DNA of 64,000 nucleotides from Escherichia coli (GTDB lineage Bacteria; Pseudomonadota; Gammaproteobacteria; Enterobacterales; Enterobacteriaceae): NCBI RefSeq assembly GCF_048403405.1, contig NZ_CP183129.1; one strand, 5' to 3'. Shown piece by piece: positions 56,201 to 64,000 of this stretch (position 1 is its first letter; each line of letters starts with the position of its first letter). The notes under the pieces were generated by a model. It saw only the letters and a program-made list of their open reading frames with translations, ran no database searches and was not told where the DNA came from. The position numbers and the translations under genes were made by a program.

Positions 56201-56455
56201 GTGCAAATGAACACCCCCACTTTCCATCAACACTTCAGACAGCTTGCGGGAATGAGTCCACTCCGGTATCAGAAATGGCTACGCCTCAATGAAGCCAGGC
56301 GACTGATGCTGAATGAACATTACGATGTCACCACTGCAGCCTATGCTGTCGGTTTCGAAAGCTTATCCCATTTCAGTCGGGAATATTCGCGGATGTTTGG
56401 AGAGTCACCTAAGAGAGATATTACCAGGTTAAGAAAGTCTGTCGGTCAGCTTTAA
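56201..56455 (+). pseudogene. yneL: AraC-family regulator, C-terminal HTH fragment only (yneL-like)
   Basis: 84-aa ORF with the second AraC HTH (…AYAVGFESLSHFSREYSRMFGESP…); in-frame stop 8 codons upstream of its GTG start, so no N-terminal domain. Confidence 0.7.
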
Positions 56456-56888
56456 TAAACCCTGCACTTATCTGTTTAAAGCAATTCCGTGTTAGTTACA
56501 CCAGGCAAACATTAACTATGGCTAATGATTTATAGCCATATAAACCATTGGTCGCTCTTGACCTTTCCTGACACTTCCCTTGTTCGCAATAATATTCTGT
56601 TTAGTCGCTGTTTATAAATAACATGCATAATGAAATCGTAATGTTATTTAGCGACATAAAATGTCTTTGCAAATACTCTCTACAACAAGTGCTGCAATAA
56701 ACTTGTTGAGATTAGGTGTCCTTGTAATTTAAAGATATTATCGTTCTTCGTGAAGTGTAATAACCCTGGAAACTATATTCTCAGGGCAATATCCCATCAA
56801 GAATGATTCTTGTTTTATAAGCAATAACAGAATGACTTAATTGTTAACTTTCTTTATTCAGCTACTTAAATATAAATTTTGGAGAATT

Positions 56889-57452
56889 ATGAAACTCAAA
56901 CATGTCGGTATGATTGTCGTTTCTGTGTTGGCGATGTCGTCTGCTGCGGTAAGCGCAGCCGAGGGTGATGAATCAGTAACGACCACTGTTAATGGCGGTG
57001 TTATTCATTTTAAAGGTGAAGTGGTAAATGCCGCTTGTGCGATTGATTCAGAATCAATGAACCAAACGGTTGAGCTGGGTCAGGTCCGTTCTTCTCGTCT
57101 GGCTAAAGCGGGTGACCTCAGCTCCGCCGTTGGCTTCAATATCAAGCTGAATGATTGTGATACCAATGTTTCCAGTAATGCAGCTGTTGCATTCCTGGGT
57201 ACTACTGTCACCAGTAATGACGACACATTAGCGCTGCAGAGTTCAGCGGCAGGCTCTGCCCAAAATGTCGGTATTCAAATTTTGGACCGTACGGGGGAGG
57301 TATTAATACTTGATGGTGCCACTTTTAGCGCTAAAACTGACTTGATTGATGGCACGAATATATTGCCGTTCCAGGCTCGATATATTGCTCTCGGGCAGTC
57401 AGTAGCTGGTACTGCAAACGCAGATGCGACCTTCAAAGTTCAATATCTATAA
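56889..57452 (+). CDS. Type-1-like (F9/Fml) fimbrial major subunit
   Basis: 187 aa from [23 protein letters not shown]...; FimA-like pilin with conserved Cys pair and C-terminal donor-strand complementation region; GGAGA Shine-Dalgarno upstream. Confidence 0.85.
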   Translation: MKLKHVGMIVVSVLAMSSAAVSAAEGDESVTTTVNGGVIHFKGEVVNAACAIDSESMNQTVELGQVRSSRLAKAGDLSSAVGFNIKLNDCDTNVSSNAAVAFLGTTVTSNDDTLALQSSAAGSAQNVGIQILDRTGEVLILDGATFSAKTDLIDGTNILPFQARYIALGQSVAGTANADATFKVQYL

Positions 57453-57803
57453 TTCAATCTTAAGGTGGCTATACGTCATCTGAAATTGAAACAGGGTGTG
57501 TGTGGCATGGCTACGCACACCCTAGCAACTCAGAAATGTGAATCTCATTATTAATGAGGAGTGGTTTGTATTTGGAGCGCTATGAAAAATCACATAATAT
57601 CTAAACGATCAATAAACAACAGTAGTTAAATTTACTGTTATTTAAAAAATTTACTTTGTAGCAAGGTTTTCCTATTAAAAGAGAACCAACATTTATTTCA
57701 AACGCATTAAGTCTGGAAACCCGGCGACTCGCCAATGTATTAGCAACATTTACCGATTGTCTGATGTAACGGTTTCCCCGCTTATCCTCTTAACACATGG
57801 AGA

Positions 57804-58523
57804 ATGCATCAGATGCAAACTACGCGTACCCTCTACTCTATTTCCTTTATGGCGACAGTGTTACTTTTATTGCTCTTTGCTTGCCATAGCACCATTGCCA
57901 ACGCAGCTGTCGCACTGGGTGCGACGCGGGTAATTTATCCGGCAAACCAGAAACAGGTTTTATTGCCTGTCACGAATAATGATCCTGCCAGTGTCTATCT
58001 CATTCAGTCATGGATAGAAAATGCAGGTGACCAAAAAGACACCCAGTTTGTCATTACCCCACCGCTTTTTTCCATGCAAGGTAAAAAAGAGAATACGCTG
58101 CGGATAATCAACGCCACTAATCATCAGTTACCAGGCGACCGTGAAAGCCTGTTCTGGGTTAATGTTAAAGCTATTCCTGCTATGGAAAAAGATCAGAAGA
58201 ATGAGAATACATTACAGCTGGCAATTATTAGCCGCATAAAAATGTTTTATCGCCCCACGAACCTGGCAATGGCACCTGAAGAAGCGCCTGCAATGCTTCG
58301 GTTTCGTCGCAGCGGCAGCAAACTCACTCTTATTAATCCAACGCCCTACTTCATTACCGTAACAAATATGAAAGCAGGAAATAGCAATCTCCCAAACACC
58401 ATGGTGCCGCCAAAAGGTGAAGTATCGGTGGATATCCCGCATGCTGCAACCGGGGATATCAGTTTTCAGACGATCAATGATTACGGTGCATTAACTCCGC
58501 GTATTAAGGCAACCATGCAATAA
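57804..58523 (+). CDS. Periplasmic fimbrial chaperone (PapD/FimC family)
   Basis: 239 aa; signal peptide; chaperone motifs (RVIYPA, LFWVNVKAIP, RIKMFYRP, LINPTPYFITV). Confidence 0.85.
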   Translation: MHQMQTTRTLYSISFMATVLLLLLFACHSTIANAAVALGATRVIYPANQKQVLLPVTNNDPASVYLIQSWIENAGDQKDTQFVITPPLFSMQGKKENTLRIINATNHQLPGDRESLFWVNVKAIPAMEKDQKNENTLQLAIISRIKMFYRPTNLAMAPEEAPAMLRFRRSGSKLTLINPTPYFITVTNMKAGNSNLPNTMVPPKGEVSVDIPHAATGDISFQTINDYGALTPRIKATMQ

Positions 58524-58564
58524 GCCAGTGACCTAATTAATAATAAACTCAATCGGAATTAAAA

Positions 58565-61216
58565 ATGACAGCCTTTCATGCCGCATTTAAGGCATATCGT
58601 ATGCATCAGGTGTTAATACTGCCTCGCTTTGTACGGCTTACCTTTGCCCTTGGCTTAGCAACTGCGGTTTTTCCCGTTGACGCAGAGTATTATTTTAATC
58701 CACGGTTTTTAAGCAATGATCTTGCTGAATCTGTCGATTTATCCGCCTTTACTAAGGGACGCGAGGCACCACCTGGTACATATCGGGTCGACATTTATTT
58801 GAACGACGAATTTATGACTAGTCGGGATATTACTTTTATTGCAGATGATAATAACGCAGATCTCATCCCATGCCTGAGTACAGATCTTCTTGTCAGTCTT
58901 GGCATAAAAAAATCAGCGTTATTAGACAATAAAGAACATTTGGCAGAAAAACATGTGCCGGACAACAGCGCATGCACACCACTTCAGGATCGTTTGGCCG
59001 ACGCATCAACTGAGTTTGATGTTGGTCAGCAACATCTGTCACTCTCCGTTCCGCAAATTTATGTCGGCAGAATGGCTCGCGGCTATGTTTCTCCTGATCT
59101 GTGGGAAGAAGGAATAAATGCTGGGCTTCTAAACTATAGTTTTAATGGTAATTCTATTAATAATCGTAGTAACCATAATGCAGGAAAATCCAACTATGCA
59201 TATTTGAATTTACAGAGTGGCATCAACATTGGTAGTTGGCGACTGCGCGATAACTCAACGTGGAGTTATAACAGTGGGAGTAGCAATTCATCTGACAGCA
59301 ATAAATGGCAGCATATCAATACGTCGGCTGAACGTGACATTATTCCCTTACGCTCACGCTTAACGGTAGGTGATAGTTATACCGATGGCGATATTTTTGA
59401 TAGTGTGAACTTTCGTGGCCTCAAAATAAATTCAACAGAAGCGATGTTGCCCGATAGCCAACATGGTTTCGCTCCGGTGATTCATGGTATTGCCCGCGGC
59501 ACCGCACAAGTGAGTGTAAAACAGAATGGATACGATGTTTATCAGACTACTGTCCCACCCGGCCCTTTTACTATTGATGATATCAACTCTGCGGCCAATG
59601 GTGGTGATCTGCAAGTAACCATAAAAGAGGCAGACGGCAGTATTCAGACATTATATGTTCCTTATTCGTCTGTTCCGGTTCTCCAACGTGCTGGATATAC
59701 GCGTTATGCGCTTGCCATGGGGGAATATCGTAGTGGAAATAACCTGCAAAGCTCCCCCAAGTTCATACAAGGTAGCTTGATGCATGGACTGGAAGGAAAC
59801 TGGACACCTTATGGCGGAATGCAAATTGCAGAAGATTATCAAGCCTTCAACCTTGGTATTGGTAAAGATTTAGGACTTTTTGGTGCCTTTTCTTTCGATA
59901 TCACGCAAGCCAATACGACGCTTGCAGATGACACCCGTCACAGCGGTCAATCGGTTAAATCCGTCTACAGCAAATCCTTCTACCAGACAGGAACCAATAT
60001 CCAGGTCGCAGGATATCGCTATTCTACGCAAGGTTTTTATAACTTATCCGACAGTGCCTACAGTCGAATGAGTGGTTACACCGTCAAGCCTCCTACCGGA
60101 GACACTAATGAGCAGACACAATTTATTGATTATTTTAATCTGTTCTACAGTAAGCGTGGTCAGGAACAAATAAGCATCTCTCAGCAGCTTGGAAATTACG
60201 GTACGACATTTTTCAGTGCCAGTCGCCAAAGTTACTGGAACACGTCACGCAGCGACCAGCAAATATCATTTGGATTAAATGTGCCGTTTGGTGATATTAC
60301 GACTTCGCTGAATTACAGCTATTCCAATAATATATGGCAAAACGATCGGGATCATTTACTTGCTTTTACGCTTAATGTTCCCTTCAGTCATTGGATGCGT
60401 ACAGACAGTCAGTCGGCATTTCGTAATTCAAACGCCAGTTACAGTATGTCAAACGATTTGAAAGGCGGCATGACCAATCTATCGGGGGTTTATGGCACTC
60501 TGCTGCCGGATAATAACCTGAATTATAGCGTTCAGGTCGGTAACACCCACGGGGGTAATACATCGTCTGCCACCAGTGGTTACAGTTCTCTTAATTATCG
60601 TGGAGCTTACGGTAATACTAATGTCGGTTACAGTCGGAGTGGTGACAGCAGCCAGATTTATTACGGAATGAGTGGTGGGATTATTGCTCATGCTGATGGC
60701 ATCACCTTTGGTCAGCCGCTGGGCGACACAATGGTTCTGGTTAAGGCTCCTGGCGCTGATAATGTCAAAATAGAGAACCAGACCGGAATTCATACCGACT
60801 GGCGTGGCTATGCCATATTACCATTTGCGACAGAATATAGAGAAAATCGTGTCGCTCTTAACGCGAATTCCCTTGCAGATAATGTTGAACTGGATGAAAC
60901 CGTTGTCACTGTCATCCCAACTCACGGTGCTATTGCCAGAGCAACATTTAATGCACAAATCGGCGGGAAAGTATTAATGACGTTGAAGTACGGTAATAAG
61001 AGCGTTCCATTCGGTGCAATTGTCACACATGGTGAGAATAAAAATGGCAGCATTGTCGCGGAAAACGGTCAGGTTTATCTGACTGGACTTCCACAGTCAG
61101 GGAAATTACAGGTTTCATGGGGCAAAGATAAAAACTCAAACTGTATTGTCGAGTACAAGCTTCCTGAAGTTTCTCCTGGTACCTTACTGAACCAGCAGAC
61201 AGCAATCTGTCGCTAA
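58565..61216 (+). CDS. ydeT: Outer-membrane fimbrial usher (FimD/PapC family), full length
   Basis: 883-aa ORF with the size and organisation of a fimbrial usher (start codon may lie slightly downstream). Confidence 0.9.
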   Translation: MTAFHAAFKAYRMHQVLILPRFVRLTFALGLATAVFPVDAEYYFNPRFLSNDLAESVDLSAFTKGREAPPGTYRVDIYLNDEFMTSRDITFIADDNNADLIPCLSTDLLVSLGIKKSALLDNKEHLAEKHVPDNSACTPLQDRLADASTEFDVGQQHLSLSVPQIYVGRMARGYVSPDLWEEGINAGLLNYSFNGNSINNRSNHNAGKSNYAYLNLQSGINIGSWRLRDNSTWSYNSGSSNSSDSNKWQHINTSAERDIIPLRSRLTVGDSYTDGDIFDSVNFRGLKINSTEAMLPDSQHGFAPVIHGIARGTAQVSVKQNGYDVYQTTVPPGPFTIDDINSAANGGDLQVTIKEADGSIQTLYVPYSSVPVLQRAGYTRYALAMGEYRSGNNLQSSPKFIQGSLMHGLEGNWTPYGGMQIAEDYQAFNLGIGKDLGLFGAFSFDITQANTTLADDTRHSGQSVKSVYSKSFYQTGTNIQVAGYRYSTQGFYNLSDSAYSRMSGYTVKPPTGDTNEQTQFIDYFNLFYSKRGQEQISISQQLGNYGTTFFSASRQSYWNTSRSDQQISFGLNVPFGDITTSLNYSYSNNIWQNDRDHLLAFTLNVPFSHWMRTDSQSAFRNSNASYSMSNDLKGGMTNLSGVYGTLLPDNNLNYSVQVGNTHGGNTSSATSGYSSLNYRGAYGNTNVGYSRSGDSSQIYYGMSGGIIAHADGITFGQPLGDTMVLVKAPGADNVKIENQTGIHTDWRGYAILPFATEYRENRVALNANSLADNVELDETVVTVIPTHGAIARATFNAQIGGKVLMTLKYGNKSVPFGAIVTHGENKNGSIVAENGQVYLTGLPQSGKLQVSWGKDKNSNCIVEYKLPEVSPGTLLNQQTAICR

Positions 61217-61229
61217 GGAACAATAGATT

Positions 61230-61760
61230 ATGAAATACAATAACATTATTTTCCTCGGTTTATGTCTGGGGTTAACCACCTATTCTGCTTTATCTGCAGA
61301 TAGCGTTATTAAAATTAGCGGGCGCGTCCTCGATTATGGCTGCACAGTCTCATCGGATTCGCTTAATTTTACCGTAGATCTCCAAAAAAACAGTGCCAGA
61401 CAATTTCCAACGACCGGTAGCACAAGTCCAGCCGTCCCTTTTCAGATTACGTTAAGTGAATGCAGTAAAGGGACAACGGGGGTTCGGGTTGCATTTAACG
61501 GTATTGAGGATGCAGAAAATAATACTCTGTTGAAACTGGATGAAGGAAGCAATACGGCCTCCGGTTTGGGTATAGAAATACTGGACGGAAATATGCGTCC
61601 GGTGAAATTGAATGACCTTCATGCCGGGATGCAGTGGATCCCACTGGTACCAGAACAGAACAATATTTTGCCTTACTCCGCTCGTCTGAAGTCAACTCAG
61701 AAGTCCGTCAATCCGGGACTGGTGAGGGCTTCGGCAACCTTTACCCTTGAATTTCAATAA
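61230..61760 (+). CDS. ydeS: Fimbrial minor subunit (FimF-like)
   Basis: 176 aa; signal peptide and pilin fold; length and position match YdeS. Confidence 0.85.
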   Translation: MKYNNIIFLGLCLGLTTYSALSADSVIKISGRVLDYGCTVSSDSLNFTVDLQKNSARQFPTTGSTSPAVPFQITLSECSKGTTGVRVAFNGIEDAENNTLLKLDEGSNTASGLGIEILDGNMRPVKLNDLHAGMQWIPLVPEQNNILPYSARLKSTQKSVNPGLVRASATFTLEFQ

Positions 61761-61772
61761 TCAGAGTCAGAT

Positions 61773-62276
61773 ATGAAAAGACTTCACAAGAGGTTCCTGT
61801 TAGCTACGTTTTGCGCGTTATTCACAGCAACTCTCCAGGCCGCCGATGTCACTATCACTGTTAATGGTCGGGTAGTCGCTAAACCCTGCACTATTCAAAC
61901 CAAAGAAGCTAACGTTAATCTCGGGGATCTTTATACGCGCAATCTGCAACAACCTGGTTCTGCATCAGGCTGGCACAATATTACTTTGTCATTAACCGAT
62001 TGTCCGGTTGAAACAAGTGCAGTGACGGCAATCGTGACAGGTTCAACTGACAATACGGGTTATTACAAAAATGAAGGTACTGCCGAAAATATTCAGATAG
62101 AGCTAAGGGATGACCAGGATGCGACGTTAAAAAATGGCGATAGCAAAACGGTTATTGTTGATGAGATCACTCGTAATGCACAGTTTCCACTTAAGGCAAG
62201 AGCTATCACGGTGAATGGAAACGCAAGCCAGGGAACGATCGAGGCGCTAATCAATGTGATCTACACCTGGCAATAA
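61773..62276 (+). CDS. ydeR: Fimbrial minor subunit (FimG-like)
   Basis: 167 aa; signal peptide and pilin fold; length and position match YdeR. Confidence 0.85.
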   Translation: MKRLHKRFLLATFCALFTATLQAADVTITVNGRVVAKPCTIQTKEANVNLGDLYTRNLQQPGSASGWHNITLSLTDCPVETSAVTAIVTGSTDNTGYYKNEGTAENIQIELRDDQDATLKNGDSKTVIVDEITRNAQFPLKARAITVNGNASQGTIEALINVIYTWQ

Positions 62277-62335
62277 CGTCGATTCGATTTTCTTAGCCTC
62301 CTTTTTAAATCAATTTTTTAACCTTAGGATATATC

Positions 62336-63250
62336 ATGGGTAAAACAATAAGTATGAAGCTTCTGTTCGGTATTTATCTTCTATTAATGGCAGGCAAAGT
62401 TTTTGCCTTCAGTTGTAATGTCGATGGCGGGTCAAGTATTGGAGCAGGTACAACCTCTGTTTATGTTAATCTCGACCCTGTAATACAACCGGGCCAGAAT
62501 CTGGTTGTAGACTTGTCTCAGCACATAAGTTGCTGGAATGATTACGGCGGCTGGTACGACACTGATCATATAAACCTGGTACAAGGCTCAGCTTTCGCAG
62601 GCTCTCTACAGTCATATAAAGGCTCGCTGTACTGGAATAATGTGACCTACCCCTTCCCGTTGACGACAAATACTAATGTATTAGATATTGGTGATAAGAC
62701 ACCGATGCCATTACCGTTAAAACTCTATATTACCCCAGTCGGTGCGGCCGGTGGAGTTGTCATAAAAGCCGGGGAAGTTATTGCCCGTATTCATATGTAT
62801 AAAATTGCCACGTTAGGAAGCGGAAATCCGCGTAATTTTACGTGGAATATTATTTCAAATAACAGTGTTGTTATGCCAACAGGCGGCTGCACCGTTGATA
62901 GTCGTAATGTCAACGTGAATCTCCCGGACTTTCCTGGAAGCGCAGAAATACCCCTTGGCGTATATTGCTCAAGTGAACAAAAGCTCTCATTTTATCTTTC
63001 GGGTGCTACCACTGACAGTGCCAGACAAGTGTTTGCTAACACAGCACCAGATGCAACAAAAGCATCGGGAGTGGGTGTCTCTCTGATGCGTAATGGAAAA
63101 ATACTGGCTACGGGAGAAAACGTCTCCCTGGGGACAGTAAATAAAAGCAAAGTACCTCTGGGTTTAAGCGCAACCTATGGACAAACAGGAAACAAGGTTG
63201 CAGCCGGAACCGTCCAGTCAGTCATTGGTGTCACTTTTATCTATGAATAA
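62336..63250 (+). CDS. ydeQ: FimH-like two-domain fimbrial tip adhesin (F9/Fml adhesin)
   Basis: 304 aa; signal peptide ([18 protein letters not shown]); N-terminal lectin-like domain plus C-terminal pilin domain. Confidence 0.85.
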   Translation: MGKTISMKLLFGIYLLLMAGKVFAFSCNVDGGSSIGAGTTSVYVNLDPVIQPGQNLVVDLSQHISCWNDYGGWYDTDHINLVQGSAFAGSLQSYKGSLYWNNVTYPFPLTTNTNVLDIGDKTPMPLPLKLYITPVGAAGGVVIKAGEVIARIHMYKIATLGSGNPRNFTWNIISNNSVVMPTGGCTVDSRNVNVNLPDFPGSAEIPLGVYCSSEQKLSFYLSGATTDSARQVFANTAPDATKASGVGVSLMRNGKILATGENVSLGTVNKSKVPLGLSATYGQTGNKVAAGTVQSVIGVTFIYE

Positions 63251-63582
63251 TTGTGATTTTGACATTGGTCTATGCGCTCCATTCACGAAAATTGCGCGGA
63301 TAATTATTTTGTGAAGGCTATTATCCTACATCTGTAAGAAAATCCGCGCACAATTGAAGCCAGAGTCTTATTTTTTATATTGAAAAATATGTTAATTTAA
63401 ACACTATGAGAGATGATGATTAATTTATCGTATTTAATCTTTTGTTTAACGATAATAGATTAAAATAGAAAGAGAGTAGTCCCCTACTCTTATATATCCA
63501 TGTTGACGATAATCCCTTTGTATATACTGTGCATCATCGCTATTACAAATCCTAATAATTCATTTCCACACAGGATAAGCAA

Positions 63583-64000
63583 ATGAAGAAAAAAATTGAA
63601 TCCTACCAGGGAGCTGCCGGTGGTTGGGGTGCTGTTAAATCCGTAGCGAATGCAGTACGTAAGCAGATGGATATACGCCAGGATGTTATTGCCATGTTTG
63701 ACATGAATAAGCCAGAGGGCTTTGACTGTCCGGGATGTGCATGGCCAGATCCTAAGCACAGTGCGTCATTCGACATTTGTGAAAACGGCGCAAAAGCAAT
63801 CGCCTGGGAAGTCACGGATAAGCAGGTAAATGCCTCTTTCTTTGCTGAGAATACGGTTCAATCATTACTTAACTGGGGAGATCACGAGCTTGAGGCTGCG
63901 GGGCGTCTCACCCAGCCTTTGAAATATGATGCCGTCAGCGACTGTTACAAGCCATTAAGCTGGCAACAAGCTTTCGACGAAATTGGCGAACGCCTTCAAA
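63583..64000 (+). CDS. ydeP: Molybdopterin-dependent oxidoreductase YdeP (acid-resistance protein), 5' portion; gene continues past the window end
   Basis: Open frame from the ATG at 63583 (AGGA Shine-Dalgarno upstream) encoding [60 protein letters not shown]...; absent from the ORF track because there is no stop inside the window. Confidence 0.85.
   Translation, partial: MKKKIESYQGAAGGWGAVKSVANAVRKQMDIRQDVIAMFDMNKPEGFDCPGCAWPDPKHSASFDICENGAKAIAWEVTDKQVNASFFAENTVQSLLNWGDHELEAAGRLTQPLKYDAVSDCYKPLSWQQAFDEIGERLQ

Noticed and set aside
56104-56292. 62-aa plus-strand ORF overlapping the yneL fragment in another frame
   Set aside because: Overlaps the AraC HTH frame, which has clear family similarity; this frame has none.
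56456-56888. fimS-like invertible promoter switch upstream of the fimbrial operon
   Set aside because: Only a short 9-bp inverted repeat (AAATAACAT / ATGTTATTT) with a 17-nt spacer and no adjacent recombinase gene; insufficient for a phase-variation switch.

Overview
Enterobacterial (Escherichia coli-like) chromosomal segment, in reverse orientation relative to the K-12 map as I recall it. It runs from a prophage junction (ydfK start / 5'-truncated ydfJ) through ydfI-ydfZ-rspR-ydfG-dcp, ydeI-dgcZ, the PhoP-linked mgrR/mgtS small-gene pair, ydeE, eamA, marBAR/marC, ydeA, yneK, yneJ, sad, glsB, yneG, dgcF, uxaB, yneE, tam, the complete lsr autoinducer-2 locus (lsrGFBDCA / lsrRK), a large intact autotransporter, hipBA, an intact F9/Fml-type chaperone-usher fimbrial operon, and the start of ydeP. 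Most of this is ordinary, well-known core genome. Against that backbone, three blocks look accessory compared with my memory of K-12: (1) a six-gene PTS beta-glucoside/cellobiose-type locus with its own outer-membrane sugar porin between eamA and marB; (2) a roughly 7.5 kb partly decayed redox/aromatic-detoxification island between hipA and the yneL AraC fragment; (3) intact versions of the autotransporter and fimbrial operon that are pseudogenised in K-12. ydeJ appears to be deleted. I found no CRISPR array, IS element, integrase or recognisable defence system, and I cannot point to a clearly novel system; the best candidates for follow-up are the detox island and a 36-codon hydrophobic small ORF just downstream of hipA. 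All gene identities are from reading the translations and from memory of the families and K-12 gene order; no database search was run.
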